A program made the translations under genes and the position numbers. From Azolla caroliniana (Eukaryota > Plantae > Polypodiophyta): DNA of 64,000 nt. Of this stretch, positions 35,922-49,974 are shown piece after piece. Under the pieces are notes generated by a model. It saw only the letters and a list, made by a program, of their open reading frames with translations. It had not been told where the DNA came from and did no database searches. Position 1 is the first letter of the stretch, and every line of letters begins with the position of its first letter. The stretch lies in assembly GCA_043228905.1 (NCBI GenBank), contig JBHGNT010000008.1:3968001-4032000 (forward strand), given 5' to 3'.

Positions 35922-36395
35922 TAACAATCGGCAACGGTTCAGTTCGAGAGGGTCCAAACTAAACCGTTGAAATTTTTTGAAACCTGAACCGAACCACGAA
36001 ACCGTTAAACCGAACCATTACAATTTTCAAACCATTAAGCCATTAAACCAATAAAACCACGATTTCGTGTTCGGTTTCGGTTTTTACCTTAGGTCAAATT
36101 TTAAAATATTTCATTATTGAAATTTAAAAAATTGTAAAGATTTTCCTAAAATGTGAGGAAAAGGCATGAAAATAAAAAGATTGTTTAAAAACAAAATTTT
36201 TATTTTATTTAATTTTAAAAAAATAAAATAAAAACATTAATAAATAATAAATAATAAACCGTTAAAACCGCGGTTCTAACTGTTGAAACCAAACCGAACC
36301 GTTAAAAAAACCCGAACCTAAACCAAACCGTTTAATTCGTTAAGCCACAATTTTGCGTTTCGGTTTGGTTCAAACCAAACTGTTGCCAATTGTTA
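35922..36395. mobile_element. hAT-type MITE (copy 1)
   Basis: TIR TAACAATCGGCAACGG / CTGTTGCCAATTGTTA; 8-bp TSD ATTGCCAC; many AAACCG subterminal motifs. Confidence 0.9.
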
Positions 36396-37086
36396 ATTGC
36401 CACTTCCTAATAATTTATAATTAACTTTTGCATATAACTATGGGTGGACTTTTGAACAATTTTTTTATTTGGAAAATCTTCATCTTTATCTACATATAAA
36501 GATGACAACATTTTTTCCACATGTTCTTTATTAGCAGATAGAGAATGACATCATGTTTTCCAAGCTTTCATAGTTTACGTATCATATATTGGGAATTGAT
36601 TGTAATAATCATGCACATTTGACCACAAATGTGAAATCATTGAACTTTTTCATGAACACAAATTCATCAAGCAAGGTTTTCTTAGATTTTGAAGGGTGAC
36701 AAAACATATATGACACTATCAAGTGTCCGAGTCATTATTTTATTGAATCATTGATGTTTGTTGTCACACTGTTTCATGATTAACTCAGGGTTTCCTTCAC
36801 ATTAGATCGTTGTTGGGGTTGGAGAGACATGCACCCTTTTGAATGTCATTCTTGGCCTCCCCCTTTTTCCACACGTCTTCTTCCATAAGGTTCATTTAAC
36901 TTTTAGTGTTAGGCACGTTCTCCCTCACTATTGGCTCTTATCCTCAATTCAAATACATCCCTAAGTGTAACATTATCCTCAGCCTAATGAGTGCACACAC
37001 AATGGTGGTAGGGGAGTTTTACCTATGATTTCTACGAGGCAAATGTTGAGAGGTAGGTGAAGAAGTAAGTTGAATAATGGTATAAC

Positions 37087-37526
37087 TAGCAATCGACAAT
37101 GGCACAACTCATTTTGAGCCGTTATCGGCGTAATGGTATCAAGTTTAAACGGTTTTATGGTTTAGGGTTGACAATTGATTCTTTTCTTGAATATTTTTTA
37201 GAACAAACTTTACATTTTAAAGGCTAATTATGAAATTGTCAGAAAAATATTTAAATTTTTGGAAAAAAATAAAATTTGGAAAAAGTTAGAATTTTAAATT
37301 TTAAATTTGAATTTTGACCTAACTTGGAAACCACAAACTCGTAGTTTTAGCAGTTCAAAAATATCTAAAATCGTTTGGTTTTTGGATTTTTGTAACGGTT
37401 CGGTTTGAACATTTTAAAACAATTTCGTGGTTCGGTTTGGTTTGGTTTAAGTTCCATTTTTTTTAACGATTCCGTTTTAAACGGTTTACGTTTTACACTC
37501 TTCAACTGAACCATTGTCGATTGTTA
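37087..37526. mobile_element. hAT-type MITE (copy 2, opposite orientation)
   Basis: TIR TAGCAATCGACAATGG / CCATTGTCGATTGTTA; TSD GGTATAAC / GGTACAAC (7 of 8); CGGTTT motifs. Confidence 0.85.
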
Positions 37527-38343
37527 GGTACAACGAATGCACTCGATGATGATTTATGGAGCATGAGCTTGTTGTATTAATTGAGAGGGGTATAGGAACT
37601 CAGGGTTTTGGATTGTGTATAGTTGGTGGACAATTAATGAGATGTAAGGGGTGCTATCCAAAATTGAGGAAGGTATGTACAAACAATATGTCTACAATGC
37701 TCTCGAAATTACATAGGTATAAAGATAGAGGTATGCATGCTCAATTGTAGAGATCAGTTGGTTGTCATTGACTAGGTCTTGCATCGATGTCAAAAGCCAA
37801 ACCCCATCTAGGCTCTATCACAATCATGGTGTTTAGGTGCTTGGAATGTTGGATTTGTCAAGAGGATGCAGAATAGTTGCAATAGTTGAACGGTTGCTTG
37901 AATGGATAGATTGCGTATGTTGATGTAGTTGTTAATGAATGCATTCATGATCAACACCATGTGCTTCGAAAGGATTTTCATCGAGGAATGTGAGTAGTAA
38001 TGACCAATTGAATAACAAGAAGGGGATGGTTGCTTGGGCTTTAGCAAAATTGGTTGATCCTCAAATTTATTTAACTGTTAAAACAATTTTAACATGCTTG
38101 AAGGGGTTAGGGTTGGCTAAAGGGAGAGATTAAGGTATATGGTGGTTAGGGAGCTCTAGCTCCAAAAGAGAGAGAGGGAGGGAGAGTGAGTTTAAAAAAT
38201 AAGAACAAAAAGAAGAAGTATAAAAGTTTATATGCTCGATTTTATACTTTTTCTACATCTTGTATATTTACATTCTTTGCCTCCCCTCCCCCTTTTACAT
38301 ATAAGTATTATCTCCTAAGGTTCCCCTCTTGTACATCCCCTAT

Positions 38344-38585
38344 GATCTTTGGCACTATATCCTTGGTTCGAGCATAACCTTTGAGGTTTAGCACATGCGC
38401 ACACCAAGCCTTATCACAAGTACGCTAAGCAAGCTTACATACTCTCTCGAGGTTCTTTTGCTCATCTTCATGCTACAAACATTTTCTCTTTATCTTTGAC
38501 ACTATATCCTTGGTTTGAGGATAACCTTCTGGGGTGTAGCATGTGTGCACACCAAGCCTTATCACAATTATGTTAAGCAAGCTTG
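38344..38585 (+). repeat. Two-copy direct repeat, period about 148 bp
   Basis: ATCTTTG.CACTATATCCTTGGTT...CACACCAAGCCTTATCACAA...TAAGCAAGCTT occurs at 38344 and 38492. Confidence 0.8.
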
Positions 38586-39019
38586 ATGACTCATTTGACA
38601 TAGAGCTCAATTAGTGCGACAAGTGCAAGATGGAGCTTGAATGCGAGACATGAATATGGTCGATGACCCATATGACTTGTCCTTCTTGGCCTATAATATG
38701 TATTCACTTGACTCACAATACAACCTCAGTGGTTTCCTCAACCTTCACGACCCAAATGATGATATGCTTGAGGCCATGTACGCTTGACAACCCAATTGAT
38801 ATGATTAACAACTCCCTTGGCAACATGATCAAGAAACTCTTATCAACAAACGCAATGTCGAAAAACAAACTTGGCAGCTTCATTGGCACAATACACTTGT
38901 CCAATGTAGTCCACTCACAAAAATCAAGGAAATGTGAAGATGGTTGAGCACAAGGAAGATAAGATAGCTCAAGTGAAGAGAGCATGGAACACTAGTCCTA
39001 CATGGGTGGTGAAGGTGGT

Positions 39020-39205
39020 TTGTTTATGGTGAGCACACTTGGAGTAAAAATGGTCATGCAAACAACCAAAAAGTGAATGCATCACTCAAAGGAAAGGAAA
39101 CGTTGTCCTAAACAACAAATTGTAGTTCCTTTCCTTTGAGTGATGCATTCACTTTTTGGTTGTTTGCATGACCATTTTTACTCCAAGTGTGCTCACCATA
39201 AACAA
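39020..39205. repeat. Perfect 80-bp inverted repeat with a 26-nt loop
   Basis: 39020-39099 is the reverse complement of 39126-39205. Confidence 0.93.
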
Positions 39206-39565
39206 TGATAAAGGGACATCAAAGTCCATCCAATCACATAAAGATGCAACATGAATACATTGTCATACAAATTGTAGTGGGAAACATGGATCTATCTAAA
39301 CTTATCATCAGACGTATCTACACCAAGGGGCATGGCAAGAACCCAAAAAGTGTGCATTTTTTTGTAAGGTTCCTTGCCTACATCCACCAAGCTTGAGGGG
39401 GAAGTGAAGGACCTATACCAAGCTTATCGTATAGATTATTTGTGGCATAATTGAGCTCAACGGGGTGTATTGAGATTACAAGCTCTAACCAAACACTCCT
39501 TGGAGTAAGTTTGTGTATTGAAACCCACCATTGATGTTGGGAATGGGAGATCCCTTTTTGCATTG

Positions 39566-42500
39566 TGTTAAGAATTAGGTGATTAACTACGGGTTAATTA
39601 GTACCTAATTATATGATTATGTTAAGCGAAAGATTAAGTGATATGTGTGCGTATGTGTGTGAGAGGAAGAGAGAGAGGAAGTTAACACTATGAGCAACAC
39701 AAGATGGGGGATGATTAACTCTATATTAAATTAACATCATCATCATCATCAAATACAAAAATACCCACAATGAGGTATATATACATCTCCTGTGCAAAGG
39801 TGCACATGTGTGAGTAGAATATACGTACTAAGGTGTAAGTCCTATATTAAATATACTTGGTAGTGGAGGATCTTGGCAATGTATCCCCACTTACGTACAA
39901 GAATAAAATCCTATTTAAGGGTTTATAGTCAACACTCCTAACTAGATTCTATCTAGGTAACTACGAAGTTACATGGTTGACTAAATAACTAAAGTAAGTT
40001 GAGCTTGATCTCTCAACACGGCCCCTCAAGCTCAAGTGTGAGGCGTCCGACATCCACTTTGGCTTTCGTGGCTTCGTGTGCTTCCGTCCAGCCTTCGGCT
40101 TTCTTCGCCGTGGCAATCTCGGGTCCTCCCCCTCAAGCCGGTGACGAAGGCTTGTAGTGTGTGGGCGAAGGCCGACTACTTCCACCCATCCTGGGTTATG
40201 AGCCGCTTTGGTGGAGCTCTTGGGCTCTTGTTTGGCCACTAACTTCATCGCAAAGGCATAGAGATGGGCCATGTTCTCGTTGTAGCCGAGCCGAGTGACG
40301 GGGTTCTTAGCTCTAGATGAGCGTCGAAGTTTTTCGTTCGCCGATGTGAGCGCCTTCTTTGCTCTGGGTGACCTCATGATGGGTACACCAAACTCATTGT
40401 CTAGTGAGGGAGCCGACACATCCAAATCACTGTTGTCGAGATGATTGACTTTGTATTCGGGCATCTTACCTTTGCCTTTGTCCAAGTTCGGACTTGGCCG
40501 CGACGTGCTTGGAAGGCTTGAAGGCTCATGTGGTCCACTTAGCTCGGTAGAGCTTGGACGGTCCTTTGGTGAAGGGCTTGGCCGAATATCATCCTCCGAC
40601 TTGACGTTCAACTCTTCCTCGGTCGGGTCGGGTGGAGTCTAATCGGGCTTATACCATGATGCCAATTCGTCGAAAACTATGTCTCGACTCACCCGAACCG
40701 CTTGGGTCGAAGGGTTGTAGCACTTGTATGCCTTCTTCTCAGATGAGAATCCTATGAGGATACATTTCTCCGACTTCGCGTCGGGCTTCTGTCGGTTTTT
40801 GTTCAGGATGCGTACATTCGCAATGCTTCCGAACACCTTGAGGTGCGCGGCAAGATCGACTTCCTTCCGACAAGGAGCTCGTAGGGAGTTAGCTCATGCA
40901 CTCCATTAGTGGTGCATCGATTCATGAGATAGACAACCGTTGATGCCGCTTCGGCCCAATAGAAGTTCGTCATGTGCTTCTCATGTAACATGGCCCGTAC
41001 TACCTCGAGTATTTGCCGATTCTTCCTTTCGGCGACTCCATTTTGTTGGGGTGTGTGTCGACATAAGAATTCTCTCTAAATGCCTTCACTTTGGAGGTAG
41101 GAGGTGAATTCATCGAAGAAGTACTCCTTGCCTCCATCCGATTGTAGGCATCGAATGTGACAAGCGGTTTCTTTTTCGACTTGCCCCTTGAGCTTTTGGA
41201 AGTGGGAGAACACTTCGCTCTTCTTCTTCATCGAGAAGATCCACACATAGCGCGAGTAGTCGTCGATGAAGGTGACATAAAATCAGCATCCGCCGATCGT
41301 CAGCGTTTGGGCCAGTCCCCATACATCCAAATGTATGACGTCGAGGAGGTCTTTGCTTGCGTAGCTCTCCTTCAGGAATGGGAATCGATGTTGTTTGCCG
41401 AGTTGACATGTTTTGCATACTCGGTCGACTCGTTTCGACTAGAATGTCGGAAGTTCGATGAAGACTCCCTTGGTTTGCATCATTCGAAGCCGTTGGAGGT
41501 TTATGTGGCCGATTCTCTTGTGCCACAACTCGATGCTTGTCTCGGGTGTGAGACCTTTGGCATACATGGACGATTTCACCTCGTTCGAATCGAGGATGAT
41601 CATGTGACCGTCTCTCTGTCCCTTAGCCATGAGTCGGCCATCTTTCTCGATGAAACAACCTTCGTTGTTGAAGCAAACTTGCATGCCTTGCTCCACGATT
41701 TGGCTGACTGAGACCAAATTCTTCGTTATTGTGGGCACGTGCAAAACATTTTTGATGCAAATTTGCTCGCCTTCTTTCCTGAATGGGACATTGCCAATGT
41801 GCCGAATAGGATGTGTGGTGTTGTCACCCGTCTCTATGAAGTCGGGTCAATCCGGTGTGCGCAAATCACTAAACCATTCTTTGTGGGATGTCATGTGATG
41901 TGAGGCGCCGGAATCGACGAACCACATGTCTTTCGAGTTGGAGGTGCTTGCGGATGTGGAGGCCGACATAAAGCTCGCTCTATGCCTCAATATGAATAGT
42001 CCGCCGTAGTTGGAGTTGGTGGCGTAATTCGTGAGTTGTCGATGTTGGGTGTGTGAGGAAGAGTGAGAGACACACAAGAAGCACTCACACAAAGAAGGCA
42101 ATGGCTGGAATAACTCTCTCTATTGATGAATAATACAAACCTAGTAGGAGCTGAAATATATATCCCTAAGTACTAAGTACCACCACATATGAGTGACTCA
42201 TGTATATGGTAACATGGGGAAAAAACCTCTAGCCAGCACTACAGTAAAAAGTGCTCATGTATAGGGAAAATGGTTCACATCAAAGCTACTCAAGGAACAC
42301 GTAAGTGTAACAAACCCCCCTAGAGTGAATGACGTGAACATGTACAAGGAGTGACAGATCAGCCCCCACAAGGCAATAAGCCTAAAGCTTTGCGAAAAGC
42401 TTCAAACTTTTCTCGTGGAAGAGCTTTGGTGAATATGTCTGCCACATTATCTTGTGTAGGCACATATACCAAATCAATATCTCCTGCATGAAGGTGTTCT

Positions 42501-45500
42501 CTCACATAGTGATAATGCACCTCAATATGTTTGGTCCGTGCATGAAATACAAGATTTCGTGCAACAACCAATGCACTATGACTATCTGTAAGAATACATG
42601 TAGCAATATCAATCTCCATGCAAAGATACATCAAAAGGCGTCTTAGTCATATACACTCCACTATAGTTGTGAACATTGCCATGTACTCAACTTCACAACT
42701 TGATGTCGCCACTGTAGGTTGCTTTTTACTCAACCAAGATATACATGAGTTTCCAAGGAAAAGCAATTACCACTAGTGGACACGCGGGTATCGTAACAAC
42801 CAGCCCAATCACTATCTGTAATAGCATGCAAGCATGGCTGAGTATCTCTGCCATAAAAGAAACCCAAGCTCAAAGTGCCTCTAAGATATCTAAACACACG
42901 TTTCACTGCTTGCCAATGCTTAGTGTCAGGGCTACGCGATTCAACTAGGAGACTGCATACTGTATATATCCGGCTTTGTATTGCATGCATATATAAGACA
43001 TCCCACAACTTGTTGATAAAGAGAAGTATCAAATGCATCACTAGAATCCTCAATAGAGAACCTAAATCATGTCTCCACAGGTGTGGAAACTGGCTTGCAA
43101 TCCTCAAAGTCAAAGCGTTGGAGTAGTTTTTCAACATACTTTCCTTGATGCATAACCATTCCCCCCTCAACGGACACAAACTGGATGCCAAGAAAGTAGC
43201 TCAAAAGACCAAGATAAGTGACTTCAAAAGTATGCTGCAAATCAGCCATAAGAGAATCAAGTTTTGCATCACATGACCCAATCAAGAGTATGTCATCAAC
43301 ATAAAGAACGAGCATTAGAAGATCAGCCCCATCTTTGCGTACATAAAGCGTGCTTTCAATCGGACTACATGTGAAGCCAAGAGCAATCAAGTGCTTATGG
43401 ATTTTTTCATACCATGCATGTGAGGCTTGCTTGAGACCATACAAGGCCTTATGCAAGCGACAAACCATATGCTCTTTCTCTTTCATAGCAAATCTAGGAG
43501 GTTGCTTCACATAAACCTCTTCTTGCAAGTCACCATTTAATAAAGTTGTTTTTATGTCCAATTGATTCATTTTCCAACCTCTTTGGGCATCCAATGCAAC
43601 CACGGTACGAATGGTAGTCATGCGTGAAGTAGGTGCAAAAGTTTCCTCATAATCAATTTCATATTGTTGTGCATATCCTTTGGCAACCAATCTAGCTTTG
43701 TAGCGATCGATACTATCATCAGACTTTTGTTTAATCTTGTAAACCCACTTAGTACCAATCACATTCTTTCCTTTTGGCAATTCACATAACTCCCAAGTAC
43801 CATTCTTATGAATGGAATCCATTTCTGATTGCATAACACTCATCCAATGTGAATCATCACACGCATCGTCAAAAGTAAGTGGCTCCTCATTACATGCTAT
43901 TGCAACAATAGAATAATCCACAAAATTACTTGATTCATGGCGAGAACTTGATCTTGTTCTACCAAGTAAAGGTGCACTCAATTTGCTATCTTTCAAAGTT
44001 TGTTTCAGCCATGGCATAGTTTGTGACCTCTTGATAGCCATACGTTCATTATGTAATACATCTTCAATATGTACATCATGCGTGGGCTGAATTTCATGCT
44101 CATTTTCAGCCACATTTTGTTGCAAATGTTTAACCATGTTTGGTTGGACATTTCATGCATTTTCAGCACTTATTTGCTGGAAATTTTCATCCCTTTGAAA
44201 CTCACTTGGCTGGTCTACATGTCCATGGTCAAGCGCACCACTTTGGAACAAAGGCATGAGTGTATCAAACACATCTTGTGAGCTAACGGTTGATTGCGTT
44301 TTGCATTCAAGAAAAGGGAAAGCTGAATTTTCAGCAAAACCACATCTCGACTCACAATAATTGTGTCCGTCAATGGATGATACAAACGATATCCCTTACT
44401 TTCAGCACTATAACCAACAAATATGCATTTCTTTGCCTTGTCATCAAGTTTGTGACGTTGTTTTGATGGCACAAGAGCATATGCCAAACAACCAAACACA
44501 CGCATATGACTAAACATAGGTTTATGTCCATTCCAAGCCTCATATGGCGTAATGACTCTCAACGCTTTTGTAGGGCAACGATTCAACACATAATTTGCAC
44601 ACATAACCGCTTCCATCCAAAACTTGTTAGGGAGATGTGTTCCTTTAACCATACATCGTGCCATCTCTAAGAGTGTTCTATTTTTGTGCTCCGCAACACC
44701 ATTTTGTTGAGGTGTATATGGCACCGTACATTGATGTAAAATGCCTCTTTCACAAAGAAAAGCATTAAACTCATGTGACATATATTCGCCGCCACGATCC
44801 GTGCGTAGAGTCAAGAGCTTATTTCCGGAAAAAAATTCAGTCATAGCTAAAAATGATTTGAAGCAAGAAAATACCTCATTCTTTGCTTTCATAGGATACA
44901 CCCATGTATAGCGAGTAGCATCATCAATGAAGGTAACAAAATATACATGCTTTCCAAAAGATGGAGTCTTTACAGGACCACACACATCACTATGAACAAG
45001 TTGTAATTTTCTTATAGTGTGTGTATGACTATCTTTTGGAAAAGAAGCACGATGCATTTTTCCAAGAATGCAACCTTCACATGCATGTTTTTCAATGGAG
45101 TCAAGTGTAGGCAACCCAATAACCATATCCTTCTTTTGCAAGTGAAGCAAACTATTGAAGTTCAAGTGACCAAAACGAGCATGTCAAAGCTCCATTTCAG
45201 CCATGGAAGAAGTATGGACAACCAAGGCATTTAGAGAAGCCCTCTTGTATGTATCCAAACGATACAAGCCATTGCATAATGTATCGAACATCACGATAAC
45301 ATCGCCATTAATCATGAACCATGCACTTATCATCAATAAAATGTACATGAAGTCTAGCTTTGGCAATCAAAGGAACCGAAATTAAGGTCTTCTTGATACC
45401 GGGCACATACAATACATTCTTTAAGATGACAACACCTCCATTTGCAGCCGAAAGCTCAATTTCTCCTACTCCAATGATAGGATAAGACGCATTGTTTGCA

Positions 45501-48500
45501 CACAACACATGCCCTCCTTTGGGTGCATCTCCCAAGGATGCAAAAAAACTTTTGCATGAAGTAATGTGCTTTGAAGCACCACTATCAAAGAACCAATTCG
45601 AATCAAGCTCACTTACAACCATACATTTAGAGTGCAATGATGAATCATAATGATATGTAACAACACATGCCCAATAATCTTGGGCTATGTTGGCTTCATC
45701 ACTCTTTGCACATGAAACATTTTCAGAAATGGTCATGCTAGATTCCTTCTTCTTCTCATTGCGCTTAACAAGCTTGCTACACTCTTCAATAGTATGGCCA
45801 ACCTTCCGACAATATTTGCATCTCTTCTTTTTTTGTAAATCACCATCATTAGAGGAATAAGTGGAAGAGGGAGGTTGAGGCTTTGGTTTTGATCACCATA
45901 CTTGCTTTTTCCTTTTTGTGAGATAACAAGTGCTTGTGTTCCCTTTATCAAACCACTTCTATTCACTCTAGATTGTTCTTCTTGCAAAAGAAGAGACACA
46001 ACCTCATCAAATGCATACATATCAGTATTCCCTTTTGCAACCAAACGAATAGTAGTAGCAAAGCTTTGAAAAGATTCAGGTAATCCTTTCAACAACATAG
46101 AGACAAGTGATGTATTCGAAATAATCTCATCTATGTTTGCCAATTGCTCTTTCAAATCTTTGATGTGTGTCACATACACATCTACTGACTCATTTTCAGC
46201 CATATATACATCCTCAAGTTGCTTTCTCAAATATGCAACACGTGCTTCATTACGCATGGCATACAATGAAGCAAGAGTGTCCCATGCTTGTTTGGACATA
46301 GAGCATGATCGAATATGTGGAACTATGTGACGCTTCAGAGGAAGTGCAATCGATGCATGACCTTGAGCATCTTTCCCATCCCATCTAAGTTGCTCTTGTG
46401 TGGGTGGAGTAGATGAAATCACTATACTCGAAGATGAACTTGTATCTGTGACAGTAGATTGTGAAGTAGTAGGACCGGCGAGGCGCCAATCTACATCTAC
46501 CCCTATGTTCCATAGTTGTTTTGACAACAAGAACGTGTTTCATCATGTAGGACCACATCGGATAGTTAGTCCCATCAAGCTTATCTTCAGCTTGAAGCAT
46601 GCCAAACAAGTCACAGTTGTTTCCCAATTTACCAAAGAACAAGAAAGTGGCAAAATCTTACCTCAAAAAAATCTAAAATGAGTGCTGAAATTGCAGCTCA
46701 CAAACTATCACTCGGATGGTAATTTTGACTACACGAACTGCTTCAAAATGGGGGTAAAACAATTGGGTACCTGCTGAAAATGGCCTCTGAGTGCTAAAAT
46801 ACACTTCTCTATATTCGGAACTTGATTTGCACAATTAAAAGTGTGTGCGCGCCGCGACGCAAACAACCGAAGATAGAGAGGATGAAGAACAATTAAAAGT
46901 GTGTGCTCTGATACCACTGTTGGGTGTGTGAGGAAGAGTGAGAGACACACAAGAAACACACACAAGAAGCTCAAACAAGAAGCACTCACACAAAGAAGGT
47001 TGGAATAGTTAATGAATAATACAAACCTAGTACGAGCTGAAATATATATCCCTAAGTACTAACTACCACCACATATGAGTGACTCATGTATGTGGTAACA
47101 TGGGTAAAAAACCTCTAGCCAACACTAGAGTAAAAAGTGCCCATGTATAGGGAAAATGGTTCACATCAAAGCTACTCGAGGAACACGTAAGTGTAACAGT
47201 CGACTTGTCGAAGTCGACTCGCTTCTTCTTTTTCGGCACTCCTCGTGGTGGCCGATTTTTCCACAATAGTTGCTAGTTGCAGGCCTCATTTGCCGACCTT
47301 GTTCGCCATGGAAGCTCCCCCTTCTTCCAAAGGTTACTTGATGGCTTCCGTCTTGTTGTCGAAGGTCTGAGTTCCCTTCGTGTGATGGGTCAAATTGACC
47401 TCTTCTACCACCTCGACCTCGTCCTCGGCCACCATCCGAATTCGAGAAGAACATTTGTCCTTCCAATGTCTTGGTTTTGGTTTGGACGTGGTTCTCTTCA
47501 ACCATTAGCATTGATTGAAGGTCGAAGAACGAAGGAGGATTTTCCCTCGCCAAGATTGTCATCCTCAACAAGTCGAATCGTTGTGCGAGGCCGCCCAAGC
47601 ATACTTGAACCATTTTGTCTTCGTCAAAGTTTATTTTGATGGAGCCAAGCGAGTCACAAATGCTCTTGATCTTAGCGGTGTAGTCGGACGCGGACATGTC
47701 TTTTTGCCGAATGTTGTTCAACTCTTGTCGGATTTGAAGCTTTCAGGCAGTTGTGTTGGCGGCGAACATTTTCTTTAATCACCCATGCTTCTTTTGGCGT
47801 CTTGGCGTCTCGAATGTGGCTAAGCATGTTGTCATGGACACATGTTGCTAAGCAATACATGACTCGACTCGCCGCTTGCTCCCATGTTGCGTAGTTGGCG
47901 TTCTTTGAGTCAGGTCGATTGTCTTGTGCACCGTTGATGTAGCTCCAATACCCTTGGCCGACAAGGTATTGGGTCATCTTGTACTCCCAAGATGAATAAT
48001 TGCTCCGGTCTAGCTTTTCACTAGGGAGCGAGCTACCCATTTGTGTGTTCATTTTGATGTAGTGTCTTCCTTTTTCGATTTCCTTCGCTCGATCACCTAC
48101 TCGTGCTACGTAGTGGCACTACGGTAGTGGATATCCGGAATTTGTCGTCGGTGTTTCGAACACACAATTATGAAGAGGCGGATGGGCTTAGTGGATGTGC
48201 TAAACCACACACTCTGATACCATGTTAAGAATTAGGTGATTAACTACGGGTTAATTAGTACCTAATTATGTGATTAAGTTAAGCGAAAGATTAAGTGATA
48301 TGTGTGCGTATGTGTGTGAGAGGAAGAGAGAGAGGAAGTTAACACTATGAGCAACACAAGATGGGGGATGATTAACTCTATATTAAATTAACATCATCAT
48401 CATCATCATCAAATACAAAAATACCCACAATGAGGTTACATATATACATCTCTTGTGCAAAGGTGCACATGTAGGAGTAGAATATAGGTACTAAGGTGTA

Positions 48501-48681
48501 AGTCCTATATTAAATATACTTGGTAGTGGAGGATCTTGGCAATGTACCCCCTCTTACGTACAAGAACAAAATCCTATTTAAGGGTTTATAGTCAACACTC
48601 CTAACTAGATTCTATCTAGGTAACTACAAAGTTACATGGTTGACTAAATAACTAAACTAAGTTGAGCTTGATCTCTCAACA
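39566..48681 (-). mobile_element. Ty1/Copia element (outer), gag-PR-INT but no RT/RNase H
   Basis: LTRs 39566-40018 and 48223-48681; TSD CATTG; PBS TGGTATCAGAG (iMet); PPT TTGAGGGGCCG; gag 47161-48052, PR (VDSGASHH), integrase 40639-41526. Confidence 0.93.
42043..47198 (-). mobile_element. Ty1/Copia element (inner), full domain set, degenerate
   Basis: LTRs 42043-42312 and 46918-47198; TSD GTCGA; PBS TGGTATCAGAGC; gag, PR (FDSGAS), INT (HSDVCGP), RT (YVDD), RNase H. Confidence 0.94.
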
Positions 48682-49179
48682 CATTGCATAAAGTGGATAC
48701 CTTACATATCCTATCGAGTCTCCCATTCATTACAAGATCCCTCTTCACTCTTTTTGTACTTCATTAGAGAAGCTTTAATTAAATTAAGCCACATTATATT
48801 GCACGATGTGTTGATGACATGTTATTTACTTGATTTGCTTTTAAGTATTTAGGTAGCTTCCCTACAATATTTTGTTGAGAAATAGGTCCATCCGGATGGG
48901 TCGAGCTCCGAATAGGAGAGATGCAAGCCGGATCGAATGTCACTGATTTGGAACCAGATAGAGTCCAAATAGGTATCCGGGAAATAGGATACATTTGTAA
49001 ATAGGTTTCATTGTCACGCCTATTCGAGCCAATTTTGTAAATAGCCCAAAAGTTATTTGAGTATAAAGATAACTAGGGCAAACTTTATATGCTATATGTT
49101 ATAAGTATAAGTTATATGTTTGAAAATGTGTGTGCAATAGTTGTTGTTGTTGTGTTGTGTGCACGAGGTGTTTATCCAT

Positions 49180-49883
49180 GGCCACAAAATGCATTTATAT
49201 GTGGAAATTTCAACAACTCTCCAAATGCAGGTGATAACACTAGTGAGCACTCACATATGTTGAGAGAGGAACAAGGTCAGTGGTATAATATGCAAAGCTC
49301 ATTGGATTAGGTTGAGTTATGGCAAATGACGCACCCACATGTTCCTGGTTTTACCTTTCATCACACCACCCACTATGCATACTATGCAAGTCTTGATAGA
49401 TGGTAATTTGTTGCATGCTAGTCAGTATGAAAATTTCACATGTACAATGCATATAGATCATGCTTTTCAATTGTCAGATCATGCTCCTGTCTGGCTAGAC
49501 CTTCATTTTACGAATCATTCCTATGAAGTGCATCTCCAAAGGAAAAAACTTATGCTCATTAACAACAACTACCTCAAGCATGAACTCTTCAAGAGGATGG
49601 TCTATGACATAATACCTCCTCTTTATGCAAAAGTCAACATAGATGTTGATATAGCGTGGGTACGTTTTGTAGATAGATTACAAACAATAATACAAGAGTA
49701 TGGGAAGTGGTATGTCTCAAGACAAAGAGATTACAGTCAACAAGGCAAATATACTTGTCAAGCCCTAACGGAGTTAGCACATAGAAGATCTTTGACTTTA
49801 CATGAAGAGGATACATTGTGTATGGTTGTAAAGAATCAAGAGATGGATTCTATGCAGCGAAATAAATACGAATTGTGTGTGTG

Positions 49884-49921
<38 letters not shown>

Positions 49922-49940
49922 TGTGTGTGTGTGTGTGTGC

Positions 49941-49974
<34 letters not shown>

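Noticed and set aside
37530-39560. Short ORFs and possible old TE remains
   Set aside because: No ends, TSDs or domains recognisable.
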